From NCBI GenBank assembly GCA_013265495.1, contig MU058718.1, positions 1,984,001-2,048,000 on the forward strand: 64,000 nucleotides of DNA, written 5' to 3'. Position numbers and translations under genes: made by a program. Within the stretch, counting starts at the first letter, position 1, and every line of letters starts with the position of its first letter. Under the pieces are notes generated by a model that saw only the letters and a program-made list of their open reading frames with translations, made no database searches and was not told the DNA's origin. The DNA is from Vicugna vicugna. Lineage: Eukaryota. Shown here one piece after another: positions 25,606 through 39,620 of the stretch.

Positions 25606-28600
25606 TGGTGTCCTCTTCTGCAGAATGGAGCTGACATAGTAACTTCACAGAGTCACATGAGGATTAAATGAGCTAATGCAAGCTAAGTGTCTAGAATGGT
25701 ACATGGCGCACGCTAAGAACGCAGTAGGTACGAGCTACTGCTCGTTCCCAGGTTCATACGCCACCACCCCTCCCTCGTCGACTCCCCTTACAGTCCTGCC
25801 TCCCAGCCTTTCTGAGCCACTTGTCATCCCCTGAATAAGTTATGCTAACACTTTTGTGCCCGGGCCCTCTGCTTGCCTTCCTGAAAGACTCTCCCATTCC
25901 ACACCTTTCCTCCAACCCTCAGTGGGTCCTTCTCCAAGCACCTTCCTGGAACCTCTCAGGCTGGGCTGGGTGCCCTGCAGCAGGTACCCAGGGCTCCCTC
26001 AGCAAGTACACAACACACACGCCTGCTTCCTCCTGCTCCGGCTTTTGATGGCAGGTGAGTCCTCCTCAGGCAGGTGTCCCCTCCTCAGCGCCCTTCCCTG
26101 ACATTCCCAGGCAGAACCGGGAGCTCCTTCCCGGGAGACCTCCTGGACCACAGGCATATTTCTATCGGTGCATCGTCATGTCACTGTCTCCGTCCCCTGC
26201 TCACAGTGACAGGGACTTTGTCTTATCTCTGTAGCATCAGGCACAAGCATGGTGCACCGCACACAGTGGGCGTCCAAGAGATAATTTACTGAACAAATGG
26301 GTAAGTGTCTGAAACTTCAGAGAATACTTTCAATGTACAGGAGGAAGAGGAATCCCAGAAAAATCAACAAAGTGGGTCAGGCACATCATAAATCTCACTA
26401 GGCAAGCTCTGGCCAAACAAGATCACACTCTGCTGTTTATCTGGGATGCTCACAACTCTGTTTCCTCAAAATCTACTTCTGTCTTCATCACTAATTAATA
26501 TAAGCTAAGTTTAAAATTATAAATTTGTTGTAAGCTTATAACATCTTTACGTTTATAAACTGAATAACTAAGAACTCTGACAAGAAATAAAGCTGTTCAT
26601 TTTTTACAGTTTACAATGCTAACACATACCAAGTTTTCCTTTATTTAATGCATTTGCATAATCTCTTGTCTAAATGTTTAATTATTTCCTTATTAATACC
26701 TTTAAATGTAGTTAAACAAAGCACCCAGAGATAAATGTAAGAAGTTTGCCTATAAACACACTGATGACCAAAAACAAATGATTTTAAGAACAGGCACAAA
26801 GTAGATCTTACCCTGAAATCTAGTTTTCAACAGTAACTCACACACAACCAGGCAAACTGACAGATGATTCGGTGACTTAACATTAAAGCAAGCCCGGTAC
26901 ACACAGTAACGCAGGAATGAAGAAAGAGAAACGTGAAACGTGAAGATACTAATGTACTGTTCGTGAGGTCAGAGGCTGATGTCCTTGGCCCCCTGGCAGA
27001 GGAAATACAGACGGAAATAATCTGTCATAAAGCCTCACGACAGCCTCACCAAAGTTTTAGTTTGAACTTGACCCACCGTATTCTGAATGTTCCTGTTCTT
27101 CTAAGGTTAGATTTCTTTCCATTTTTTGAAAGATGTGGTTTTAAAGCCTTTGTGGTAGCTTTCAAGAGCCAAGGTTAAGCTCAGTCGTGTTGAGCTAACA
27201 GGCAGTGGAGTAAGCACATCTGAATGAAGCACCCTGTCTGGTGTCCCCTCCCATCAGGCCAGCTCTGTCCTCTGTCAGCATTACGGCAGGCCCTGGATGG
27301 GCAGGATTAGGGAATTGTTACCCACGAGCATTTCTGCTAACAGATCCCTGTGTAAAACAAAGGAACATTTGTGCGTGTGGATGCTGTACCCTTCCAGATG
27401 TGTTCACGGCTCCGGCTGACACAAAACATTATTTTAGGATTTCAGTAGCTGCTTCTCTGCCGTTGGCTCCAGTACTTAAGCACTTCCTTCTCTGAATAAC
27501 TAAGAAAACAGAAGTAAACAGCGGCCTCTAAACTATGGGATCTGGGAACAAACTTGAAAGACAAGGGCCAGGAGGCTCCTGCTGTAGATACTGTTGTGAA
27601 GGAGCACTGGAAGCACAAGAGCATTTCAGAATCAGAAGGGATCTTCAGTGCAGGGGAGCCTCGTGACTCATATCAAGCACAGTTTCAAATATCCTGCTCC
27701 CCCCGTCAGATCATGAGTCATAGGTCATCTGGGCCTCCACCTTAATTTTATAGGCAAAGAAACTGAAGATACATAATTTGCCAAAGATCACACAAGTAGT
27801 GAGTGCCTGATGGAAATGCTAGCCTTCTCATTCCTCACTGCCCTTCCACCCGACCCCCAGGACCAATGTCAAGGTCTCTTGCCATTTAGTTTTAGACTTT
27901 TTTCACTACATAACACTGAATGTGCTTTTCATGAGTTGCATCACTACAAGACAATATGAATTGAAAAAGGAAGGTTCAGAGGAGCCAACATTTCCTCCCA
28001 CCACAAGAATGAATGGTTTTAAGTTGGGGATTAGAAACTAACAAGAGGCTACTTCAATTAAACTGAGAACCCTTCAGTAACCAGTTCAAGTACAAACTAA
28101 GGAGCAGCTCACAAAACATCTGAATGTGCGACCTTTATAGTCACAAGAAAACTTAATTTGAATTATAAGGCACAAAAAGAGGTTGCAAAAAATGGAGTCA
28201 GTAAGAAGCACAGAATAAAATGAAGGAACAAGGAAAATCCTGAAGAAGGAAAGAGGACAACATACATTCAGGGAGGTTTGTTTAGACGTGACTATCCACT
28301 ACCATCCAAAATGAACTTGACTTTCGGGTTTAGAAAGTTTCTCACTCTTCATCAAAGAGTGAAAAGGGAAAGTGAGTCAGACATCACAAATCTGGCTTCG
28401 GGAAACAATGCAGTCGGGGTCCTGGGTCTGACGGCCGGGACAAGGGGACAAACTGGGGAGGCAGGAAAACTGCCGGCCTCAGATGACCCACAGAACGATA
28501 GGTTTCAGAGTCATGTAAAACGCTACTTCCTTCTTTTAAAAAATAACATTTTTTCTGTCTATAAATGTACTTACTGTACCTCTGTAGAAAGTATACTTTG

Positions 28601-29756
28601 TAGAAAACTTAAAAAATAGGGAGAAAATAGAAAGACAAAAGCACTCATTCTTCTTACATCCAGGTAAATAAACTCTATTATTATATATGCCTGTGTTTTT
28701 CACTATTTTTCTACAAATGCAGTAATATTTTTATACGAGATAAAACCATGTGTATAGATTTCAACCTCCTCTTTAATTCAGTAAAGTATCATGAACATCT
28801 TCCCATGTCATTTAAAATTCTTTGCAAGCAGTTTGTAAATGGCTGCCTTATAGCACAACCACCCCAACTTACATAATGATTCTTTTATTTCTAAACGCTA
28901 CAAGTAACGGTGTGATCAGTATCTTTGTATGTACATCATTGTCCACATTTCTGATTATTCCCACAGAGAGGGGCTTAGAATTTGAACCAGCAGGTCAGAT
29001 TTTGAACAATTTAAGGTTCTTGTTAACATCTATCTTATTAACCTTCAGAAAAGTTGCACTGACTTACACTCCCACCGGCAGTGGAAGAGGTGCCTGTCTT
29101 ACCGCTGCCTTGGTATCTCTGAGGATGATCATTACAGATTTTTTGTTCATCTGGAAGGAAAAAGAGGCACTACACTGCTGTCCAGTTTAGATTTGATTAC
29201 TAGCGAGTTCTAATATATTTTCACATAATTATTAGCCATTCATATTTTCCTCTTTGTGTTCTTCAATCGTTGAGAGTTCTTCTTTGGTAATTTAGATGTA
29301 CATATATATAATGATACAATGATATCCCATTATCTTTCCTTATGATCTATTTTCACATAAATTGGGCAAATTATTTTCTTTTAGAGCTTTCTAAAGAAAA
29401 CTTCATGAGTCAATACGGTAAAATAAACTCTTAAATCTGTCACTACAGTATACATGATACTGTTAGAAATAATTAAGGAATGACTAATTTTTCCTCAAAT
29501 AAGTCATAAACATTTGGCAAAAAGAAAAAAAAAAGAGGCTTTAGTCCTGGCTCTGCCTTAAACCAGAATTTTTATCTTAAACAAGACAAAATTGCAATGA
29601 GTCTCAGTTTGTTCCTCTGTAAAATAAGATACATAATTTTTAATCTTTCCAGCTTTAAAACTAGGCAGTCTTGTGCTTACATAAAACAATACACAGCACC
29701 ACCTAGAGGTAAAGAGAAATACTTTTATACATTTTCCTTCAGTTAACAATGAATCT

Positions 29757-29982
29757 AATAGATAAGCAACAAGGATTTACTGTATAACATGGGGAACTAT
29801 GTATGTAATACATACTATGTAATATGTAAATGAAGTAATAACCTATAATGGAAAAGAATCTGAAAAATGTATATATGCACAACTTAATGATTTTGCTGTA
29901 TATACACCTGAAACTAACAATATTGTAAATCAACTATACTTCAATAAAAAAAAAGAGGTTGTCATTACCTTTAAAAAAAAAA
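29757..29982 (+). mobile_element. 5'-truncated young L1 3' terminus with a double poly(A)
   Basis: aatagataagcaacaaggatttactgtata...actatacttcaataaaa; perfect TSD aacaatgaatct at 29745-29756 and 29983-29994. Confidence 0.9.
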
Positions 29983-31107
29983 AACAATGAATCTTTAGTC
30001 TTCAGCAAAATATCAAGTCAATAAATTTTATATTAGCAGAAGTTGCCTGAGTAAATGCATTAGAAGTTTAATAGTCTGCATAATACTGGATCAAACTTTT
30101 AAAATGAATCTGTCACAGCATCTGCAAGAGCTCTTAGCTGTTCTGTAAATCTAGCTCATTTTTTCCTACAATCACTTTTTTAGGGGATCAACCTTGAGAA
30201 AATCGGCATTGCGTGAGAAAATCCATGGCACTATCTTCAGTCTGACTGTAAGGACCACAGACACTGTGATGACTTTATTAAGTATGAAGTGATGTATCAT
30301 AGTGTATGATAGACATTTGGTATACTGGAGGTATTTCTTTACCCTTTGGGGCTTTGTGGACTTGATCAAAACCCAATTTCCCTGTAACTAAAACCCAACG
30401 CCACTCCCTGGCTTCAGCTTCAGCGAAAAGAATGCCTGGGTTGAAAATGTGAGTAGCATCAAAAAAATGCCAGTGGTGGAGCCCTGAATCTAGACTTGAA
30501 GAAAAATTTTATCTATGGAAAGGTCTGAAGTCTACGGATGTCCAATGGCTATTGACATCTAGAATGTCACAGCACTTTGTTTCCATGCTGACGTTAAGAA
30601 CAGCTTCCTCTTTGTCATCCCTTTGGACCTGCACTGTTTGAAGTTGTACTTTCTAAACTGTCCTGAGTGTGTTCTTCAGCTTCATCAGGCTTAACTTTCC
30701 AATTCAACTGGAAGCTCAGCAGCGAAACTGCACCTCCCGGGTCCAGCCCCGACCTTCCGGGCCTGCCATACTGTGAACGCTTGTGTGGACTAAGTGACAA
30801 GCACCTTGCTCGTGACCACGAAGACACAATTCCTCTGGCAAACGTCAATGTACAAGGTAGAATGGAGTTCAGGCTAATAAAGTTTAAATAATTGTTGCAA
30901 CAACGTTCAGAAACAGTGTTGCCTAAGATCTGAGCTGACCCTTGGCTGATGCAACTTAGATTTAAAAGAAAACAACAAAATCCTGTGAAACTGCCTTAAA
31001 TCTCCAATTTCTAACTCACATTTTGGGAAACAGATTCCCTTTGGGGAACTGCATAATCACAAATTGTTCTTAACAGGGAAGAGAAAAGGGTACTAAAAGT
31101 TTTCCCC

Positions 31108-31490
31108 AACTTTTTATTCTGAAAGTTTTCAAATGTCTAGAAGAGTTGGAAGAACAGCACGAGAAGCACCCGTACACCTACCACCTGCCTGTAACCACCG
31201 TTACCATTCTTCTTTATGTAACTATATTTATTTCAGAAACACTGAACCTGAGTGACAGCTATTATGACCCTTCACCCCAATACTTCAAACATCATTTAAG
31301 AACAAGGATAGTCTCTTTCATAACCCCAGTGTCACTGTCACACCCAAGAAAATTCACAGCAATGCTCCAATATCTAATATCCAGTGCAAATCCAAATGTC
31401 TGTTATTGTCCCAAGAATGTCCTTTATAGCTGTTTTAAAAAATTAAGCTCTAATCAAGCATTACAAATTGCATACAACTTATGTTGGTTT
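31108..31490 (-). mobile_element. Old L1 3' end (L1MC4/5-like)
   Basis: ttttattctgaaagttttcaaa...cccttcaccccaatacttca...aagaacaagga. Confidence 0.65.
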
Positions 31491-33739
31491 TGAAGAATTC
31501 ATTTACTGGGCACTTACTGTGTCCTAGGTGACACAGACCTTCCTCTTTAATTTTCACAAGAAAATCTGAGATAGTTCTTGTTATGTAAAATGGTGGTAAG
31601 TCCTTACCTCTGAACACTCTGATGTATTCACCATTATAGTCACAGGATTTAGCACAGAGCCCTGAACACATTAGGTACTGATATATAGCTGTGGAATAAA
31701 TGAAACATGGTGTACTTGTCCATTCTACTGGAAAACTACAATTAAAAACATGATGGTAAAATACCTCATCTGTTGTGATAGTACACCCAGCTAGAGGTAG
31801 CCTCTCTTCTGCACTCCCCTGTTCTTTCGGGCACTTCAGTGGAACATCTGAATAGCCCACCTTACCATTAGCTGCCCCAAGTAACCTGCTGCAAAATAAC
31901 AATTACGATTCATGCCAATTCTGCATCTATTCAACAGATCTACTTTTGGTTTTAATATTAAAAATGGCTTTTAATTTAGCATCAGGGAGGAAAAGGTTTT
32001 CCCATTTGAGGAGGCTACAAAGTGTATCAAATTTGGACACAAATTAAAAGAGCGCCCATAGCAAATACGGGTTTAGTATCCAGGCAATTTCTTTTCTCTT
32101 TTTTTGGGTCACGGGATTTTGAGAACCTAGAGTCAAATAAAAATATAGATATAAATAGCAAAATATTGTTAATCTTTGTGAGTTGTGGCAGACTAATCCC
32201 TGACAAGATAGAGACAAAACATCACAAAAGAGGTGATAAAATGCAACAATTTCAGCCTAATTCTGGTAATATTTTGATAAGCATTATCTAGCAAGAAAAC
32301 AAGTCATTTACGTCAGTAAAATATTCTCTGATTGTCATCTACAGATGTATCTGTCAAAGGACTGTTTCAGAAAAGAAAGACGACTAAAGATGATGATGTT
32401 TACCATGAATACTATAATGTCTATGACCTGTGACTGAAGAATCTGAAATGACGCATAGTTTCCATGATACATACTAAGTACAGCATTCTCGTACAGAAAT
32501 GTATAGTCCTGCCTTCCACTTGTTAGCTGAGTCTGCTAAATAAAGCCAACTTTGTAAGTCATTCACCAGTATTTAAGAGGAACAACGGAGTCATTCACCT
32601 TATTTAGATTTTTACTGTTTGCTGGAATGTCTTTTTGGTTCTCTGTGAAGGGAAATAATTTAAACCTGAATTCAAAGAAATTCCTGCCAGTACCTTCCAG
32701 TACCTGCCAGTACCTGAGTCAAGCATACATCTATCCGAAAAAGCAATTTTCAGTTACTTCTTTGTGTGACCAGTTTGCGTGAAAAGGCTAGTATTAATAA
32801 AACTGTTGGCAAAATGACCTTTTGTTTTTAGGCCATCCCACTTCACAGACTGAGAGAATAAAAACGCACGTGCTCTGGGGTAGGGTATCTTCAGGGAGGA
32901 TGCGGGCGGGCAGGCGTGTTCAGCACGTGCCGGGGTTTTGGCCGCAGCCTTACCCACTCCTGCGAGTTTTTGTGTTTGTATGTTTGTTTTGGCTCATCAT
33001 AAACCTGGCCTCAATTATGCAGATATCTGTAAATTTTTGCCTAGTGAATGCTGTGCTCTTTAAGACACTGACCTTTGTTGACGATTTCATCACCAGCAAT
33101 CAAGCACTTTTCCAATCAACATGTCTTCACGTCTTCAGAAATATGTGAAGTACAGAGACCAAAGACCAACAGGACCATATTTCCTTAATTATGTAGGGGG
33201 CCCTAGCATTTTTTAGTAAAGCACTGCACCCAACAAAAAACAACTATTTCCCTTTCAATAAACTGGAATATAAGTGTCATGAGAACAGAGACTTCATCTG
33301 TTTGGACTGATACCGCATCCACGGTGCTAGCACATATTAGGCATTCAATAAACATTTCCTCAATGGCTATGCTGAATGTTTCAACTCTCAGGGCAGCTAT
33401 TAGACTCTGGGAAGACAGTGGACCTGGGGGACCTCCCAGTCTAAGCAGTGCCATGAGGTGGGTGCTTTCTGCTCCACAGAGTTATGACCGAGCCATCTCC
33501 AGAAATCCAGTCAGAACAACATATCTGAACTGAGCCCAACAGGACCTGAAGCACAGGTGGAGGGACAAGGCAGGTGGCTTGGGCTCTGGACTGCAGACTC
33601 TGCCACATTCCTGCTCTTCCTTCAACCCTCCCTCCAGGACTGTGGGCAGCTCCCTTCCACCTGAGCTGAGGCTTGGAACACCCAGACTTCCCAGCGGAGG
33701 GATCTGTCCTATCAGATATTAAGAATTATTTTCAAGCCT

Positions 33740-36700
33740 TAATAACTAACACTGTTTTCTGGTGTAAGAATAAAGAGACCAACTGAGCAAAACACATAGT
33801 TTAGAAACAGGTTTATATTTACACGGATATTTGATATATGACAGAGGTGACATTACAAGTCAATGTGAAAAGGATGGAATAATCAACAAATGGTACTGGG
33901 ACAACAGGATATCCACATTGGAACAAATTTGGATCACACCTCACAGCTAAGCACAAATCAGTCCTGGGTTAATTAACTATGAAAGAAATCGCTTTAACAC
34001 TCTAAGAAGGATAACTGCTGCAACACAGATGAAATCTGAAGACTTCTGAAATAAGCCAATCTCAAAGGACAAGTACTTTATGATTCTACTCACATGAGGC
34101 ACATAGAATAGTCAAATTCATAGAGACGAGAAGCAGAGTGGGAAACATGCGGGGCCGGGGGAGAGGAAAGGGCAATCAATCTTTAAGGGGTACAAAGTTT
34201 CAATTTTGCAAGATGATAAAAATTCTGGAGCTAGATGGTGGTGATGGTTGCGCAACAATGTGAATGCACTTAAAGTCAATGAACTGTGTACATGTAAAAA
34301 TAGTGGAAATGGTCAACTTTATATTATGTATATTTTACCACAATTTAAAACCTCAGAAGAAAATGCAGACGATGTCTTGCATCTCAGTAATACGGTATAC
34401 TCATTTATACAGATAGCCCTTCCCACCAATACCTAAAAATGCTTAATAAACATTTAAAATATTCTTTAAAACCCCACCTGATGATTCCTGACATCTCAAG
34501 CTACTGTTTTTAAAGTGGTCCTGGATGGGCAGAATTCTGAGCACCTGGTAGACACACTCTTTGAGGGAATTCACCTTCACAGAGGTCTCACAGAATTGCC
34601 ACAAATAATTTTCAGGGAAATGAGCAGCTTATAGTAAAAAACAAACAAAAACCTGGGCACACAAGAAACAAACACTCATGAGTAAGAATCAACAGAAACA
34701 AGAGACAGCAGAAAAGGACCCACAAAGATTGTTATTAACCAAAGGAATTGTCTGGATAGTCTGAGATACAAAAAAGAAATGGCAAATTTATTGGTAAATA
34801 CTGTACAGGTATAGAAGGAGGGTACAGCTCAGTGGTAGAGCACATGCTTAGCATGCCTGAGGTCTTGAGTTCAATCCCCAGTACCTCCATTAAAACATAA
34901 ATAAAATAACTAAAAACTGTACAGGTATCAAATAATATTAATAATAATAATGGCTTATGGAGTAAAATTTGAAAAGACAGAATTAAAATACACAGCAACA
35001 ATAACATACATCAGGAGGAAGATAAAGTGTTCTAAAGTTCTTATATTGTACCAGAGGTGAAAGTATAACTTAGCTTGGGACTTGGCAAGTTAATACATAT
35101 GTTGAAATTTCTAGTAACCACTAAAGCATAGAAATAGTGTACTACACCTTCCAAATGAAGGGGAAAACATGATGGGATGATTATTCAAAAACCCCAACAA
35201 CCCAAAACAATTCAATAAAAAAAGAGAAAAAACAATGAAACAAATAGAAATCACAAAATAAAGTGATGAATTTAAACCTAAATATACAAGAAATGATATT
35301 TGATGATAATACACTAAATGCTGCACTTAAAAGGTTAGATCATCAGACTAAATAAAATTTTAAAACCCAATGATATTCTCCGTAAAAGAAAGACATCCAA
35401 AACATAAGGCAGACAGAAAAGTTTGAAGTAAAAAGACGGTAAATATATACATTATGCAAATACTAACCAAATGATAGTTAGTCTGGCATATTAATATGAG
35501 ACAAACTTTAAGGCAAAAAGCCATACTAGAGATAAAGAGGTTCAAATTTTTCACAAAGAAAACTCCAATCCTCGATGGCTTACTAGGCACGTTCCATTAA
35601 ATATTCAAGAAATAAATAATTCTAAAATGTTTCGGGGCCAGTGTAACATATAAGTGAGAACCCTATAGAAAGAGTAAGAGAAAGGACAATTACAGGACAA
35701 TCTCATTCACAAACACAAATGCAACAATCTTTAGCAAAATAATAGCAAATCAAATCAAGCAAAGTATGAAATGGAAAATCTAACATGACCAAGTTGGGTT
35801 TATTTCAGAAGCACGAAGTTGGTTTCACAGAAGAATGAAAATCAAACAATTTAACTTACTATATTGAGCAATGAAAGATTTGCATGATTAAAAATCATAC
35901 AAATATCTCAATAGATGCAGAAAAAGCATTTAATAAAATTCAACATCTATGACTTTAAAAAATCTTAGCTAAGTAGAAATAGAAGGAACATCTATTCAAC
36001 ATTGCACTGGAGCTCTTAAATAGTGAAGAAGGGCAAGAAAAAAATATATATTAGGATTGGAATTAAAGAAACAAAACTATTATTACTCATTATTTGAAAA
36101 TCATATCTAAGTAATTCAAAATAATTAATACTTTACTGAGTAGGAAAATCAATATATAAAGTTATTTGATAGAAAAATTAATATACAAAATTTTTTTTCC
36201 TTTATACTAGCAACTGGTAGGTAGAAAATAAAAATTTTAAAAGAATACCATTTGCAATGGCATACAAATATGAAAAGTTGGGAATAAAAGTAACTCTGAA
36301 TGTTAGATTCTATGGGGAGAATTTTAAAAGTATATTTAAAATGTCAAGAAGAACCTAAATGAATATACAGGGACTGGAAGATTCAGCATCATAAAGATGC
36401 TGAGCTCCACTTCTGATCAGAGAGAAGTAACTGGTACAGAACTTGCTCTTCCACAGTGAACAACCAGAAGCCGCTTCAGATGATAGGGAAACACTGACAC
36501 CCGAGAGACGGAAAATCAAGCTTTCCACCTGGTGGCAAATTTGAGAATACACCACAGCGTAGAAGACTAAGCATTAAATTGAGGAGATAGAGATTGGATG
36601 TTTGAGAGGGGAAGGAACTAGAATTTGTCAGGCAAAGTACCAGAGAGGAGGGAGGTATACAGAGAAAGAGCTTCTAAAATCTGCACAGGGGTCTTCCTGA

Positions 36701-37150
36701 GTCTTTGCTAAATACCGGTCTGCACACGCACAGAGTGAAATTCCACAAGGCTGGGCAAAGAACTGCTAGCAGAGTCTGCAAACTGAACAATTCTCAGAGC
36801 ACACAGAGGGTTAGATGTTCAAATTCTAGCTAGCCAGAGGAAAGACCTCACTGAGCCACAGGGCAATCGACAGAAACCCCGGAGGGGTCAAGCCTTAGTA
36901 TTAAAGCTAAGCTAGCCCTAGAGTACAGGCTGTTCTAGGCACACACTAACAAAACTTCAAATAATCCTCAAGAACAACAGGTAGATCCACAACTCACCTA
37001 ACTACTGACCTGTGTGCCAAAACAAACTTCCCACTCTTTGAAAAAAGACAACAAAAGGCAAACATTCAACGACATGACATTTATCATTTCTATAAATGAA
37101 AAATCATTAAGCATAGAAAAAAAGTAACAAGTTGTGAACCAGAAAACGCC
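33740..37150 (+). mobile_element. Cluster of old L1 fragments (ORF2, nested 3' end ~34012-34350, 5'UTR-like segment ~36400-37100)
   Basis: catgaccaagttgggtttattt, tctcaatagatgcagaaaaagcatttaataaaattcaacatc and other eroded L1 motifs. Confidence 0.75.
34813..34915 (+). mobile_element. tRNA-Ala-derived SINE
   Basis: gagggtacagctcagtggtagagcacatgcttagcatgcctgaggtcttgagttcaatccccagtacctcca; perfect TSD actgtacaggtat at 34800-34812 and 34916-34928. Confidence 0.92.
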
Positions 37151-37528
37151 CTTAAAATTAGATGTACATAATATATGTAGTTTCAATATATACATGCATA
37201 TATGATATGTACACACACACTTACTTTTTTTGTTCCAGCCCTTTTCACTTTAACTGCAGTGTTAATGCCACCAGATTTCTTGCTAATGCAAAAGTGATCA
37301 CTTAATGTACATAAAATTTAGTTCTCTCCATGTTTTACGATTAAAAAAACCCCATAAATACTAGTGAGTATGGAAAAGGAAATTCAACTAATTTTGCTTA
37401 TTTATATGTATTAAGCAGCCCTTTAGGAGTTTAAACAACAAAAAAGCTGAACTTTTTTTCTCCCTATGTTTTCTTTGGCTTTTCCTCCTATTCCCAGTAC
37501 ACTGTCCCGTATACCAGGGGTTGCATCT

Positions 37529-37715
37529 AGTGCTGTGCTGGCACTGGCTCTCACCAGCTCATGAGAGCCAACTGCCAAATATTCAGGAATTTTGCAATCC
37601 AATTGCTAAACTGCTGGTAGCTTGAAATCGGTCCTTTCATTGGGAGTATTTACACTCCTCAAATTGACAAACAGTACAAATCGGGACTTTATTTCATCAT
37701 GCTGGCATGCTACTG
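37529..37715 (+). mobile_element. MER63-like hAT MITE
   Basis: agtgctgtgctggcactggctctcaccagctcatgagagcc...ttcaggaattttgc. Confidence 0.65.
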
Positions 37716-37754
37716 CACCACTGTGTGTTTTCCAGTTTCAGAAGTATCCCCTAG

Positions 37755-37955
37755 AGAGCCAGGAAACTATGGCCTACGGGCCACACATCTGGCCCACCAC
37801 CTCTTTTTCTAAATAAAGTTTTATTGGAACCCAGTCATGCCCCTTTGTTTACATATTCTCAATAGCTGCTTTTGTGCTACAACAGCAGAGTAATGTAGTC
37901 ACCAAGAGACCACAAAGCCTAAAAATATTTACTATCTGGCTCATTACCAAAAAAG
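37755..37955 (+). mobile_element. MER58A (hAT-Charlie) MITE
   Basis: aaactatggcctacgggcc...taaataaagttttattggaac...caaagcctaaaaatatttactatctggc. Confidence 0.85.
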
Positions 37956-38599
37956 AGAGGGTAAACAAAGCTATATTGAGCTGAGGTACTAGACATGCCA
38001 AATAATAATAAATTACAGTTTGAACTGAATTCATCAGAAACTTCCATCTTGGAAAAGTTCTTTTTACACATTCTTATACATGCAAAACCTAAAATCTTAC
38101 AGCCATTCTTTTTAACAGTCTCAGATGTCCAGCAACACCTAGAAAGGTGGAAGGCTAACCCCAGAAACTACCATCCTCAAATATAACCCTTTCATTTTTG
38201 GTTTATCTGAGCAGCTCTGTACAGATATGTAATATTCTCTGACACTGTATATCCAGTGAGGTTGCCCTTCTCTAGTTTTCTCACTTCAAAGGTCCTACCA
38301 AGTATGGTCACACATAGTTTTTGTTTGCCTTTTAATCTGAATCAACACTTGTTTGAGAAGTTGTGGCATAAAAATAGAAATTCCTGATGTCTTTTGAAAA
38401 ATCAAAAGATCTGACAACATGAGGTCTACACTCCTGTGACGGACGAGCCGCAGCTACTCACTTTGGAGGGGGCATACGAATTCCCAAAGTATCCATTGCT
38501 CCCTATTAATTTCTGACACTTAAAACATTCTGATTCACTTATTTGTATTTCTTCTCTCTGCACCACCCTCTCCCATCCCCGAGGCAACTGATTTTACTA

Positions 38600-39620
38600 G
38601 CTCTTCTTTTCTACTTCCCAGCTTCCTTTGCAAGTTCTTTTTCTTCATCCATCTCTCCAACATTAGTGTTTCCTAGGGTCTCATTTCTGGCTCTCTTCTA
38701 GTCTCCTTCTGTAACTCTCACTGGACAATTTCATCTATACCCACAATCCAAACTTGAACTACTAGGCCCAGTGACAAAACAGTGTGGACCACAATTTCAT
38801 ACAGGGAGGGATCACCAAAAATTTTCAGAATCTTTTTTGCTCTAGTCCCAGCTTCATCTCTGAACCCTTGTTCTACATTTCCATCTATAGACATCTCCTA
38901 GCAACTAAGACGACATGTCCAACACTAAAGCATTAGCTTATTCCCCAAACCAGTTCCTCATTATTTCCTCATATTATGTAATGGCACCATAAACCACTCA
39001 GTTATCCCAGACAGACTCTTGGGATTCACCTTAGACTCTTTCCTCACGTTGATACCCATACCCAATTTTTACTAAGTCCTGGCAATTCTATTCCATTAAT
39101 ATGTCTAAATATTTCCCCCTCTTGTTTATTCCCCTTCGAGTTATTTAGTTCGGACACTCCTCATTTTCATGTAGAGCTATAACAGTAACTTCTCAACTTG
39201 TCTGCAAGCTTCCTGTCTTGGCCCCCTCTGATTCATTCTCCACATGGCTGGCAGTGTAGGCTTTCTAGCAGTGTGACTCTGGTCACGGCACGCCCCTGCT
39301 TAAACTTATCCAGCGACTCCCCATCACTTACAGCATCAAGTCTAAGTTCCTCTGGATGAAATATAGGAACCTCTGTGGTCTAACTTCAGACAACCTTTAC
39401 CACCACTCTGCCACATGTGTCCTGCACCTTAAATGCCCTACACAATTGGCAATTACTGAGTGAGTCATGATCTTTTTCACCTCCATCTTTGCATAGAATG
39501 CTCTTTGCTGCCTAGGATGAATTTTTCCCCCTTTTCCCATCTGCTTTTTAAAGTCCTGCATAAACTCCAAACTCAGCTCAAATGTCACATCCTCCAGGAA
39601 GATTTCTGTCATCTGCAGAG
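38600..39620 (+). mobile_element. L2 fragment
   Basis: acatgtccaacactaaa...ccttagactctttcctc...cccctgcttaaa...aaactcagctcaaatgtcacatcctccaggaag. Confidence 0.7.

Noticed and set aside
30184..30330. Exon-like segment bounded by tttttag| and |gtattt
   Set aside because: Stops in all three + frames and no recognisable homology; cannot support a pseudogene call.
32345..32545. Possible relic terminal exon (ctacag|A..., DVSVKGLFQKRKTTKDDDVYHEYYNVYDL*, AATAAA ~32539)
   Set aside because: No protein family recognised and no linked upstream exons; compatible with chance. A tblastx of the repeat-masked interval against non-mammalian syntenic regions would be needed.
36523..36540. CTCF-like motif ccacctggtggcaa
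   Set aside because: Imperfect single match inside an old L1 5' segment, with no independent support.
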